In this document: positions 25,701 to 38,555 of the stretch, piece by piece | Position numbering within the stretch: the stretch's first letter is position 1 | Layout: each line of letters opens with the position of its first letter | Origin: Monocercomonoides exilis PA203 | Taxonomy: Eukaryota > Protista > Preaxostyla | Assembly (NCBI GenBank): GCA_001643675.2 | Contig: LSRY02000049.1 | Location: 434,001-498,000, forward strand | Direction of reading: 5' to 3' | DNA: 64,000 nt | The notes under the pieces: model-generated | What the model was told of the DNA's origin: nothing | The model's database searches: none | What the model saw: the letters and a program-made list of their open reading frames with translations, nothing else | Made by a program: the position numbers and the translations under genes

Positions 25701-28700
25701 AGCAGGACTGCAAAAATCATCAGATGATGAGTCAAGCAGTTGCAGAAGCAATGAAGAAGATGACAACTCAAAAGAAGAAGAAGAAGAAGATCTTTCAGCC
25801 ACTGGAAAGAGCAATCGCTCAGCCAGCGAATCAAAACAATCATGCAACAGAACACAAACAGCGTCAAGCAAGCAAAGCGAGAAAAGCTCATCAATCACAG
25901 GAAAGCAACCGATAACCCCTCAACTCAACGCCAAATCGTGTGACAAGCTTGGCTGTGTTGTTGTGCAGAGCGGAACTGGGCTGCAGTTTGTGATTCGTCC
26001 ACCAGAAGCCCAGCTGCAGCACCCTCTCTTACAGATGAGTGGGATCGAAGAAGCACTTCTTAGACTGTCAGAGACACAGCAATACTTTCCTGGCTGGTTT
26101 GACCGCTGGCTGATCTACAAGATGACGCGCATCTGGGAAGAGAAGCTATTCTACCAGAGAGAAGAGGAGAAAGAGAAAGCGGCACAGCTGAGGTGGCAGA
26201 AGAAGAAGGAGAAGCTGCTGCACAAGCGCATTCAGGAGCGCCGGAAGCAGAGCGAGAAAGAGCAGAGGATGGGGCTGGGGTCGCTGCTTGGCTACAGCAT
26301 GACACCTGGCGGTGGACTGAATGCAGCAACAGGAGCAGCAGCAGATGGGGGCAGAGGCAACGATGCACGTGTGGCGGAGGAAGGAGAGGTGGAGATTGAT
26401 GACGGTGGAGAGTGGTTCATGTTCCTGAACAGTGTGCCTGTGCTGTTTGATGCGTCTGTCCATGGGATAGCAGCTGCTGCTGCCACATCCTATCTACCGA
26501 GTGCTGTCACCGACAAGCTGAACAGCATCCGCTCCACACTCGCTGCCTCGTATGCCTCTCTCTCTTCCTCTGGCTCTATCACTTCTTACATCTCCTCTGT
26601 CTCCTCTGGCTCTTCCTCTGCACTTTCCTTCGAGTCCATCATGTCTCCTGCTTCTGCCCCTCTTTCTGTGCGCCTCCGAAACACACAGAGCTTCGTGTCT
26701 TTGACCACTTCGCAGCTGCAGCATCTCTTGCAGCTCTTCTCAAAGCCATTTATCACCCCCAACACTGTCTCGAATGCTGTGCTGCTATTTGTGAGGTGCA
26801 GGAAAATGATGATTGCAGAGGCTGTTGGGCTATTGAGGAATTTTGATAAGAAAAAAGATGCACTTTTGATGGCAAGAAGGGTGATTGTAGCGGCGGAGTG
26901 GGGCATTGAAGAGGAGGAAGAGGAAGATGCAGAAGGAGAAGAGGAAAAAAGGAGGAGAGAAGAGAAGGAGAGGAAAGAGAATGAAGAGATGGGAGAAGAT
27001 TCAGATAGCGATCTGTTTGGAGAAGATGAAGATGATTCGGACAGCACAGCATCAGCAAAGAGGAGAATTGAAGAGAGATTGAGAAAGAGAAGACAGCAGA
27101 TTAATGCTCTTCAACACAAAGCAGCTGAGAAGGAAGGGAGTGGACGGAAGGAGAAGAAAGAGAAAGAGGAAGAAGAAGAAAATGGAAATGGAAAAGAGAA
27201 AGATAGAGAGAATGGATCGAAGCATGGGAAGAAAGAAAAAACCAAAATTGTCAAAAGGATCAAGCGGAAGCACAACGAAAAGACAGCAGTGATCGACGAT
27301 GCGCTGGATGAGATCGAAGACGAAGAAGAAGTGTGGCGACAGTGGGAGAAGTGGAAGAAAGAGCGGAAGTTGGAAGAAGAGGAAGAGCGGATTCTGGAGC
27401 TGGAGAAAGAAGAGGAAGAGAAGCGCGCTTTTGCTGCACAGATGCAAGGGGTGCCTGCAACAGATGGGGTGAGTGGGACGTTGATGCTTTACGGAACACC
27501 ACGTGGCGGTGGTGGTGGGATACAGATGACACCACGAAACACACCGCAGACAATGCTCAACAGCACCCGCACATTCAACGCAGCTAACTTGACCCCTCTT
27601 CCCAGTCCTGTTGGCGCTTCGTCTGGCGGCCATTCTTCTTTCAACCAGTTTGGGACAATCAATGCAACACCACTCAAACCACTCACTCCTCTCAATCTTT
27701 CTCTCACAAATTCCTTCACTGCGTCTCCTGTGCCTAGTCCAGTTGGAGCAAGCAGCGGGTTTTCAGGCTCATTCGCTTTGAACCCAGCCACCCCGATCGG
27801 CTCAGGTGTTCCTCCGCTTTTCCCGATCAGCAACTCTTCATCAAATCTGCTGCATTCCGGTTCATCCTCTTCGCTTGCCATGCCTCTCCCTCTTCCTTCC
27901 CCTACTTCTCAGGCATCGATGCATGTGCGTGTGCCTTCTCTTGGATCTCTCACAGCATCGCTTGGATCACTCCAATCTGCTGCTCTTACTTCGCCAACTT
28001 CTTCTTCCTCCTCCTCATCATCATCATCTTCTTCTTCTTCTTCCGCTGATTCCAACTCTTTCGATTCAACTTCTTCTCTCCATGCTCCACCAGGCTCCGC
28101 CCGCAGGCAGCTTTCCACGTTTTTGGTGCGGCGTTCGTCTTCTTCTCTGCTGATGGGTCCGATGGCTGGCACAGGGCTGACTACATCTGGCGGACAGCCA
28201 ACTATCCCGCCAGCATTAGCATTGATACACACACCACGAAATGCTCCACTCACACAGCAATCACCTGCAACACTCAAAGGCACAGGAACTGATTCACGCA
28301 TGGTGTCTCCACACAGTTCGACTACTTCACTCCGCATTGCACCAGAAGTCACTGCCAAGCTCACTTCTCCTCGTTCTGGTGCCTCATTTGCACGCCCAAT
28401 GCTTCCGTCTGCATCCACCCCGCGAAACTCAGCCATCCCCACAGCCATGTCTCTTGCTTCTGTTATGACGTCGCTCACCAGCCAAGTCACTGCAGCCAAC
28501 ACGATCTCGTCTGCCAGAAGCGACAAATTGGGCGGTGCTGGATTGGGAGCAGCGGGTGGGATTGGACTGGGCATTGGAGGGAAGCTGGGGAAGATTCAGC
28601 CAGCGAAGCGGATGACGCTGATGGACGTGATTAAGCAGGCGCAGGAGAAAGAAAGGCTGCTCAGAGAAGCAGAAGCAGAAAAGCAGAGAGAGAAAGACGA

Positions 28701-31700
28701 GATGGAAGAGCAGATCAAAGAAATTGAGAGAGAGACGCAGGCATATTTTGATGGAAACGACAAAAAGAGGAAGAAGAAGCTGAATGACTTCTGTTCAGAG
28801 CTGGAGTGGGAGTATGGCATTGCAAAGGGATCAGATGTGGCTCTGTGGGAGAAGAAGAAGCAGAAAGCGCTGGCTGCTATGAACTTGGTTACAGCAGCAG
28901 GAGACGAGAAAGAGAAGAACGCAGAAAAATCAAGCGAGGAGCAGGCGAATAAAGCAGCAAGCGAAAAGGGAATGACGATGGTGGAGATGAACGAATTGGT
29001 GCTTAATGGGCAAGTCAAAACTGGTGCATCTCCAAAAACCGTAGCTTCATCTTCATCATCATCTTCTTCTTCTCCAGCAAAAACCGCAGGAACAATTAGA
29101 GGTGGGAAATCAACTACATCAAAGCCAACTGCCGTTCCATTGACCCCGTTGACTCCTTCTCCCAAGCGTACTTCCTTGATTAATCCTTCGTATGGACAGA
29201 AGAACGGGAAAGGCAAGAACAACAATGCAAAAAGAGGGGCATCACCTTCTTCTGTCACAGGAGAAGCACAGCCAAGGAACTTAAAGGGACGACTTCCGTC
29301 TCTAATATCAGTAGGCGGGCAAAGCACAGAGTATGGCAATCCGATGAGTCCACAATCACCAATGTCCACATACACAGCTGCCTCGATGTTTGATTCAGAC
29401 GACTTCGCAACAGAAGTCGAAGGGGAGCTGAATGAGAAAGGAATGCCGGCAAACACAATTGACCCACAATTTGCCTCGCTGATGCTTTCTGTGCAGAGGC
29501 TCCACGGCAGTCTAAACAAGTTTATTTACATCTCGTTTGTGGTATTCTTTGTGGTCTTGATGAGCTTTGTTGTGTTCACGATGATGTTCTTCAGTGATGA
29601 AGAAGGGGCGTTTAAGCAGATGAGGTGGCTGGGAACTCTGGTTACATCAACTAGCGAGCTCACTATGTATGCTCGTCATGCTCTTTACGAGATCAGTTCT
29701 GCTACTTCTTTGTCTTCAACATCGCACTTGTTGACTGCATCTAGTAATTTAACAGCAACAAATAATAGTTTCATTGATCGTAAGTTTGCTAAACCAATAA
29801 TTGATACAAACGAGAGTTATACGACAATGAATGACCAGCAAAGTTTCCAAAGAGCTTCGTCAAACACATTAAAAGGTAAACTGAAGAAGGTACAAATCCA
29901 ATCTTTACAGCAAACACTTGGCTCATTAAATCAGAGTACATTTTATCCAACTACCAATCTTTTCTCTAATTCCTCGACTACAACACTAAAAATGGGAAAA
30001 GAGCACTTATCCAATCGAAACAAAGCAGTCAGTGATCCAATTAGTGAAGGTATATCCAAAGTGTCGCTCCGACTCACCACATCTTTGATGGACTTGGCAG
30101 AACACGGTGCATTCACTGCAGACGAGCCAGCTTGGCAGATGCGCTCAATGACGGAATTCAGAGCAAAGCCCACAATTTCACTGGCTGCCCAGAATGCTCG
30201 CGCAAACAGCGAAAGAAGCAGAGCAAGAGAATTGGCTATCAATTCCAAATCTGGAATTGATGCTGCAAATGATACAATTTGCATGTCGAAGCAATTGGAG
30301 CAAATGAATGAGCAAAGCATAGCAAACTCATCAAATTTCCGGACAATTCACAAGCAACAAGGAAAACTACAAAGAAATCACTTTGGATATGTAGCAATGC
30401 CTAAGACCCTTTATACGCCACCAGCTTCGAATACAATCAACATACAAGCATGCACATTATCTTCGTTGTATCTTTATTTGGACAGCATCTCACTCACAGA
30501 TATCATTGGAGGCTTTGTTTCACAAGCGACAGACATCAGAGACAATGCTCTTTACGATTGCTCCGGAACAACGCCTTTATTCCAGTCAAACGAGTTGCCA
30601 AATGAATATGAGAGCAGTGATTATTGTAGCAGAAATGATAATGGCAACAAAAATAATCAAAGAGATCAGAATGGAATAGTGAGACGAGCATTATCCTCTA
30701 TCTCAAATGGAGTTGTGTCTCCACTTCTACAGTCCGCCACATCCTCCCTTTTCATGAATGGTCCAGTTGTGATATCCGAAGGGGTGAAAAAGCAGATGCT
30801 CCGCATTTCTCTGGAACAGATGGCAACTGCAAATGTTATGCTTATAATGTCTGTTGCGATCTGCGCTATCGGATGTGTAGCATTCATTGTGGTTGGGTCG
30901 TGCATCTGGCAAATTCTCAAGAAAAAAGTGGAGCAAGAGAGGTTTGCTGTTCTGAAAGACATTGCATCTGTGATCAGCGTGGAGGATGCAAAGATTATAC
31001 TCGAATCGTACGACCAAGAGTCTGAAGAAGCTCGCATGGAAAGAATGAAAGAAAGGCAAAATTCAATGCTGCGGAAAATGTCATCGAACATGGAAGACAG
31101 CAAGAAGAGTTCTAATAAAGACAGTTCGAAGCACAATGCAAATTTATCTCCTGTCCCATCCACACCAAAATTGTCCATGTCGTCATCGTCTGACGAAAGA
31201 GGGTTGACACACAACTCGGTTTCTTCTCACAGCTCCCGAGACAATTTGCTTTATAAGTCAAAAAGCAACTCTTTCAGCAACCGTTCGTCTGCAGATCGCA
31301 AAAGAAGAGTGAACAAATCGAGGGAAGGCAGAAGAGAAAGCGAAGAAAGCAACAACTCAGATGGAAGAGCAGATCAGTCAGACGATAATGACGAGGCAGG
31401 AGACAACGATCTCACTCCGCTCATCAAAGGCAAAAAATACAGAGGAAATGCTGCTTTAAAGAAGTTGGGATCAAATCCAATTTCGCGTAAGAAAAAGAGA
31501 GGTAGATCGCAATCAGACTCATCATCAGAAAATCTGTCATCCTCAAAGTTTGACGAGCAGAGCGAAGAAGAAACGAGCGAAAGCTCCGATGAAGAGAGAA
31601 GACATAGAAAGCGGAGAATGCGCAGGAAGCATCATTCTTCTTCTCTTTCTTCTTCCTCCTCTTCTTCATCTGATTCTGAGTCATCAGAAACCAGGAGAAG

Positions 31701-33192
31701 GAGAAGGAGAAGAAAGAAGCATCGCAGATCAAAAGGAAAGAAAGGCTCTGGAGATGATGAATCCGAAGACAGCGAGACGCCCACTGAGCGAATGAACACA
31801 CCTCCAACAGGAATTATCCCACTTTCCATAAGTCTTCGTTTCCACATATCTCTTGGTTTTATTTCGATCATGTTCCTTCTGATTGCTCCTTTGGTATCTC
31901 TTTCTATTTATTCATCAATTTTCTTTTTCCCCGTCACCATCGCCTCAAGCACTCGGTGGAATTCTGTTTATGTGGCGACATTCCTCGCACAGCAGCTCGT
32001 TCTCGATGATTACCCCCTCTTTGGCAATGAAAATGAATTTATTGGCAGCAAGACGCTTTGGAATAATGTTTGTGGGAACGATCTTTGCACCTCGCCTGTC
32101 TGGAGACATACTGTGCCTTCTTCCTCCTCTTCTTATGATTCTGTTTCAATTTTCGGAACAGAACATTGGGAAGATTATGCATCAAATTCAGAATCCTCTG
32201 ATGCACTTCATTCGTTCTCTGATTCTTTCATTTCATATGAAACAGCTCCACTAAATAAATTATCTATTCATAAGCCTGTTTCAACGGAAACTGATACATA
32301 TCCGTTTCATTCTCTAAAGGAGGATTCTTCCTCCTCTTTCTTATCATCATCATCTTCTTCTTCTTCTTCTTCTTCTAATGATGCACAAACATCATCTTTG
32401 ATTGATCACATAATTGGTCCAAAATCAAAAGTGCAGCCAATTCTCAAACGAATCACGATGTATCTGAATCTCCTTCATCATGTTGTACGTTTTGGTAACC
32501 AACGAGCATTTGAAGGGAAAGGTGTGTCTATTAACTATGAAGCCACAAGTTCAGAAGATCAATACTTAGTTGCATCAGCTCCTAGCACGGTTTCATTCAA
32601 GAGCAGAGCACACATCCTTACAGCGACCTCGTCTGTATCTTCAACCAGCAGTCTTCTCCCAATTGTTGGTGATTCAGCAATTGACACGTTCCATATCAGA
32701 CAGTTAAGAGGCCTGTCATCAGAAATAGACCGAATAGCAAGTACGTCTTCCAATTCAAACACAGCAGATTCAAATAGCTCTTCTGTTGCCACTCATCAGT
32801 CGCTCGATGATTTGCTGGATTCGTTTTTGGAGCAGCTGACTGTTCTGTCATATGTGAATTCCAGTACAGGTGCTGTGTCTGATTCAAATTCGTTGATGCA
32901 GTTTATCACTTCCAGCAAATTCTCTTCGATGTGCTTGTACATGGACCAGCTTTCGGGTGCTATCCTCGATGCTTCGCTTGACCATGTTGTAGCTGATAGA
33001 ACTGTATTTATCATTCTCATTGTGATTCTTGCCCTCTTCTCATTCATCTGCTTCGCTTTTTGTATGTGCCCGCTGGTGTCAAAGCTTCGGTCTGTTTCAG
33101 TGGAAACTGAAGAGATGGCAAATATTGTTAGCGTTTTGAGAGAAGTCAAAAATAATGTTACAAAAGAGGATGAGAGTAAGGAAGTTGAATGA
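22795..33192 (+). CDS. Giant multi-pass membrane protein, TmcB/TmcC-like
   Basis: A short first exon MKPVFSVMFSFAK splices in phase 0 to ORF 23014..33192. About 7-8 N-terminal hydrophobic helices, then a helical segment (HRNDPTLHLSLALFEASY...PGWFDRWLIYKMTR), then two further TM-loop-TM modules. Many Ser- and E/K-rich insertions. Confidence 0.65.
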
Positions 33193-33894
33193 TAATGTAA
33201 AAATATTCATGAGTACTGCTTTGTAATGTTATGTTTTTATTGAATCTTTTTTGTTGTATTTTAAGTTTATTTTTTTATTTTTTTTTCAAAACAATTTTTA
33301 TTTTCTTTTTCATACATTTAAGTTTAGAATTGTTGTAGATAATTTGATATCGATATGTTCGAAATTTTTATTTTTTTTTTTTATGTATTTAGACTATTTT
33401 TGTTCCTCTTTTTTGTTTCATTTTATTAGCTTAATTACATATATTCAAACTTTTTCTCAAAGGTATTTGTTCCAAAGTCCCGTTTTCATTTCAATTTTTA
33501 CAAAAGAGATAGTTTGTCCACTTTTGTGTTTTTGTCTTTATTCGTTTTTTATATTTCACTTCAATTAAACAACAAACTTTATTTTCATTGTTACAATAAT
33601 AAAAGAAATTGCTTATTTTCATTCTTGACAATCGTGTGGATATTTAAAATTCAAAAAATAACAAGAAAGGAGCTTTTATTCATTTCTAAGACTTCCATCG
33701 TGCAAAAATCTCAATTGAGAAAACAATAAATATATATGTAGGGTGCAAATTTTTTCTTGATCTCGAAATTTTATTACAACCCTTTTTTTTTGAAACTTAT
33801 TTTTGCTTTTTAAATATGTTAAAAGGCTTAAAACAAAAACAAAATAAATAGACTTCTTGATATTTTTGTTTTTCAGAATTCTGTGGAAAAAAAA

Positions 33895-34610
33895 TTTGAT
33901 ATTTTTATATCCCAAAAAATATTCAAAATTTTTATTATTTTAGGACCCAGATCAAAGACTTGATGGCTGTGAAACCAATATTTCATACTGAACGTTTTAA
34001 GCAATAGCATCACAATTCTTCACTCCTATATTATTATTTTGACTTGTTTTTAACTTTTTCAACTTAATTTTTTGACCTTTTTTTCTCATTTCACTGTTTT
34101 TGCTTAAAACACGATTTTTTATATAAACAAGTGTTTGTGTCAAATTTTATTAAAATGAAAAAAATGCATAAAGTCTTAATTATCGTTTATTTGTATTAAG
34201 TTTTGAAATGAAAAGGAACTCTTCAAGAAGATTAACAAAAAAGCAAGTATATATGATTTTTTTGTTATTTTAATTACCAAACATATACAAACAAATAATC
34301 ATTTTTTCATACAAGAATCGTTTTATTTTTATAATGTTTATTTGTCATTTTATTAAATTTAAAAACAAATGGATGAATGTCTCTGAAATTGTGTTTTTTA
34401 AAAAAATGTGTGAAATGAGAAAAAGTGTTAAAAAAAAAACTTGAGAAAGTTAAAAACAACTAAATCATATAAAAATTAAACGATGTATTATGATATGAAA
34501 GCTTAAAACTTCTGATAAAAAATATTCGCTGAAAAAGCAGCAAGTCAATGATCAAAACATAAAATTATTATAATCCTCGATCTTTTTGTCAAATACGAAA
34601 TATAGAAAAA
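33895..34610. repeat. Eroded inverted repeat (arms ~33895-34120 and ~34386-34610), possible old MITE
   Basis: Colinear reverse-complement blocks: gatcaaagacttgatg/gatcattgacttgctg, gttttaagc, ttgtttttaacttt.tcaa, tttttctcatttcac and aaaacac.attt. Confidence 0.6.
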
Positions 34611-34770
34611 AAAATACAGAATAAGGAAATTTAAACATTTCAAACATTTCTGGTTATTTTATAATTTCAACAAGCTTGTGTAAAGCTTTAAGCATGGCAA
34701 AAAAAAGAAAAAGGTCAAGAAAAAGAAAAAAGGTCAAGATAAAATTATAGCCCTAACAAAATCAGCATTG

Positions 34771-34772
<2 letters not shown>

Positions 34773-34812
<40 letters not shown>
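34773..34812 (+). repeat. Poly(A)40 tract
   Basis: 40 consecutive A, preceded by agcattggc. A similar agcatggc+A run and a 2x aaaaggtcaaga duplication lie just upstream. Confidence 0.95.
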
Positions 34813-34814
<2 letters not shown>

Positions 34815-35171
34815 ATCATCGAAGATTTTTTTATTTTGTGGATAAAAATATTTTGAATAGGATGGAAAATCTTTTTTTAAAAAAGATAGAAAGAAAGAAA
34901 GAAAAGATTAGAAAGGAATAAAACAAAACAGAAAAACATAGCAAATGGTATCACAACAATATTTTTAGTTAAAATGGAAATGAATATTTGAAAAAAACTT
35001 GAAGGAGACAACAAATATCAAAAGTTATCACAAATTTTAATAATTCGTGATTTCGTGATCTAACCACATTCATATATTAAAATATCGTTTTCTTTATTTT
35101 CGCAGAAGATTTAAGATATTGATATTTTACTTATTCATACACAGTTAATTTTTTTTAAATTGTTTCAAGAG

Positions 35172-37688
35172 ATGAATCTTGAAAATTACAAAGAACGTCA
35201 GAGATTATTATTTGAAGCTCTTCACTCTCCTGCAACTAAACTTTTGTTAACACAAAATGGATGTTATCATCATAAATTTTTATCGCATAATAATTTCACT
35301 GTATCAACTTCAAGTGCTTCTTCTCCAAAGTCGTTCTATTCTTCAACTGTTTATTCATCTTTGCCTTTTTTAAATAATACTCAAAATCAAAATCAAAAAA
35401 CAGTAAAAGAAAAAAATTCGTTACGCAACGATACTTATAATTTATCAGCATTTTATTTTTCTTCAGAAAGAAGCAGTACAAATTATTCAACTGTTTTTCC
35501 TAGTGAAATGTTTCATACCAAAGAAGCAACGCAGGAATCTTTGCAAAAAAGTAAAGAAATTTCACATAGATCCGAAGCAAATGATATATTTTCAGAAAGA
35601 TGCGACCAAATATTACAATTGAAGGATGAGGCTGATGATAAAAGTGAAAAAGTTTTTAAGAAATCGAATCAAGAAATCGTTTGTAACCATGAAATTGAAC
35701 AAAAGAAAGAAAAGTCTAAAAAAACAAGAGAAAAGTTATTGAAAATGGCGAATGAAATAAATGCTCCAGATATGGGCCCAAGCGAAAAAGTTGTTCTTTT
35801 CACAACATTAAACTTTTACAACGAGCTCTGCAAAGAATTTTCGAATAGGCAGTTTCACAAAAGCGATCCAAGCAACAGAAATCAGTGTGTTTCAAATTCT
35901 TCGAATGACAAAAACTATATAGTGGAAGATGATAACAGCAAACTGAGGGAGCAAACCGATGACGATATTGATCAACTTTTGGAAGATAATATCACAAAAT
36001 GGAAGCCTGACGCCTTTATGTTGGAGCATTATTTCCAAGATCAGGAGTACGAAGTTGATGGGAAAATGATTAGTAAAATAGCAGAACTTAGAAAGGAGGA
36101 CATGCTAAACGAGTGGAAGAATGAAGATTATAATTTTGCATCTTTTTGTGGACAGACTCATAAAAGAGAAAGGGCTGAATATGACGATGAAAGATCTTGT
36201 ATACTGCAAGATGCCGATGAGACAGAAATCGACATTTCAAATTGGAAAAGGCGAAAAGAGATAATACAAAAGCAGATTAAAGAAGCGAAGCACTACAAAA
36301 GTTTGTTTGGAAAATGGGTTAGAAAAGGATGGATCGTGGATGCAAAGGAAGCAGAGATGTGGGACGAAGCCGAAAAGAAACTAAAAATGAAGGAAATGAT
36401 GGAAAAAGATGGCGTTGCGGAAGAGAAAACGGGAAAGAAGACTTTGGAAGAAATGAAAACAAAGCTTGTAGAATGTGAAGAACGAACTGATTGCCAAGAA
36501 GAGATTGAAGCTTTAAGGTTACAAATACAAAGGAAAGAAGAAGGATTTTTAAAGAAAAGGAAAAAGGAAAATATGAGCGAATTTGACTACTACTGGAGTC
36601 AGACCGAGAAAGAGCGAGCCGAATTACTCAAAAAACGCATGAAACACTACATTCATCAAAAGGAAGCAGACGAAATCAAAATAAAAGGTTCGTTTGGAGA
36701 AGAGAATCATTTTTCTGAAGATATTCGTAGCAATTGTTTTGGCACAGGAACATCTCCTTTATCGCTTGATTTATCTAACTTGCAATTGGATCCATCATCT
36801 AATAATGATATACAGTTTATTCAAACAGAACCTGAAAAACAAGAAAACGTCGCACTTCAATTCACATCGTTGGTTCAAACTTCATCTCATATGCCTTCAA
36901 AATTGATGAATGATACATTTTCCATGAAAGGATTAGAAGCATCAGATTTGATTAATTTGAAGCATTCATCATTTTTTCATCAATCGCCATCATATCATCA
37001 CATTTTATCAACCACTAATTCTTGGAATTCTTTTCATTCTTTTGGTAAACCGTCTGAGCTATCTGCCCTTCAGCCAACATTTGGAGCATGTTCGCTCAGC
37101 AATTTAAAAGACAATTATCTTCAAATTAAATCAAATTTACGAGAAAGATGCTCAGTTTCTGTCAGTTCCCTAGCCAGCACTGATTCTTTAAGCTATTTGG
37201 ACAATTCATTCTTGTGTGAAATTAATGATAATCTTGAATTTAAGATGAGCTGCTCCCCAGTGATTTATGCTGAAACAGCAGAAGTTGGGGTTCCTTTGAG
37301 AAAGCAACATATTATTTTAGATACCGAGGAATGGAAGCTACGATTTAAAGACGAAGAATTGAACCCTCACCGATTAGGAAGGCTGAAGAAAAGCGGGCTC
37401 AATGTGACCCGAACTTTGGAGAAGATAGAATATCTTATGAGAGAACTTGTAGCCGCCTGCCATCTTATCTTTCCGTTTATTTGCAATCCATTATTTCAGA
37501 AGTGCAGTTCACCACATTCGCTAAATAATGACGAAAATTTGTTGCAATTAACAAATGTTCGATGCAACTACACGAATGTATTGCCGAATTGGAACAATAC
37601 GTTCAAAATAGCACAAGAAAGAGAAAGAAAACAGAAGCTTTTTAGAGAAAATTCAAATGTCTTGCATAAAGAAATATTCAAAAAGTGA
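35172..37688 (+). CDS. Intronless hypothetical protein, paralog of 53636..55378
   Basis: Open frame of ~840 aa. Shares RRKE.I..QIKEAK....W.RK.WI....E..MWDEAEKK.K.KE and RF.D......RL.K.G....R......FPFI blocks with the 580-aa ORF. Confidence 0.85.
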   Translation: MNLENYKERQRLLFEALHSPATKLLLTQNGCYHHKFLSHNNFTVSTSSASSPKSFYSSTVYSSLPFLNNTQNQNQKTVKEKNSLRNDTYNLSAFYFSSERSSTNYSTVFPSEMFHTKEATQESLQKSKEISHRSEANDIFSERCDQILQLKDEADDKSEKVFKKSNQEIVCNHEIEQKKEKSKKTREKLLKMANEINAPDMGPSEKVVLFTTLNFYNELCKEFSNRQFHKSDPSNRNQCVSNSSNDKNYIVEDDNSKLREQTDDDIDQLLEDNITKWKPDAFMLEHYFQDQEYEVDGKMISKIAELRKEDMLNEWKNEDYNFASFCGQTHKRERAEYDDERSCILQDADETEIDISNWKRRKEIIQKQIKEAKHYKSLFGKWVRKGWIVDAKEAEMWDEAEKKLKMKEMMEKDGVAEEKTGKKTLEEMKTKLVECEERTDCQEEIEALRLQIQRKEEGFLKKRKKENMSEFDYYWSQTEKERAELLKKRMKHYIHQKEADEIKIKGSFGEENHFSEDIRSNCFGTGTSPLSLDLSNLQLDPSSNNDIQFIQTEPEKQENVALQFTSLVQTSSHMPSKLMNDTFSMKGLEASDLINLKHSSFFHQSPSYHHILSTTNSWNSFHSFGKPSELSALQPTFGACSLSNLKDNYLQIKSNLRERCSVSVSSLASTDSLSYLDNSFLCEINDNLEFKMSCSPVIYAETAEVGVPLRKQHIILDTEEWKLRFKDEELNPHRLGRLKKSGLNVTRTLEKIEYLMRELVAACHLIFPFICNPLFQKCSSPHSLNNDENLLQLTNVRCNYTNVLPNWNNTFKIAQERERKQKLFRENSNVLHKEIFKK

Positions 37689-38555
37689 ATTGGGGTGCAT
37701 TATCAAAGATGATCGAAAGAAAAGAAATTTTAGGATTTAGAGCATTGCAAATATTATCAATTTTAAGTCTTATGAGATATCAGGTTCGTGTATTTAGAAG
37801 AATTTAAGATAGAATTTTCTGCCCATATGAACATATCAAGATTTATTTTTTATTTTGATTTAAATAAATATCAGATGTACCATCTACAGTTTTGAAACAA
37901 TAAATGGTTCAGAAGAACAAAAAGCTTGTTGATAAAAGCCCAAAGCAAAGAAAAATGGAAGCACACAAAAAAACATAAAGCGTCCATAAAAACTGAAGAA
38001 AAAGCAATGCAAAAACGCAAAAGCTTAAACTGAACAAAAAAACAAAACAAAACAATTCAAATGGAGAAAGTCTGATGCAAATGTACTGAAAGCACACGAA
38101 CATCGAAACAGAACACGCAAAATGATATTCAGAAGAAAACACAACATAACATAATAATACACTTAAATCAAATAAAGATTCGAAATCTAATGAATAAACC
38201 CCCTCAACCACAAAAGCAAACGCAAATATAAACACAATAACAAAACGTAAACTCTAATACAAATCCAAACATAATTTCAATTATAATAATGATTTCAATT
38301 TTAATGAATAACAATGCGAAAAGGAGCGAACATATAAGTATGCTTCACGGCACGGTGCTCTTTGAAGCCCGAGCCAAATCTACAGCTCCAGAGTGATGCT
38401 GAAATGACTGCTATGCTTCCAACTCTCACATCCTTTTTCTGGTTTGACTTTACAGATTTCACAGCAATGAGTTGATTTGCGCCCAACATGCTTCACAAAA
38501 TCATCCAACAGTCGGCATTTGTTCTTATTAGCCAAGGCACCAGCACAGCGGAGTC

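Noticed and set aside
10630-33149. Dozens of antisense and alternate-frame ORFs (poly-F/S/L, poly-E, poly-K/R) overlapping the two giant genes and GSK3
   Set aside because: They are by-products of stop-poor purine/pyrimidine repeat tracts and show no domain signal.
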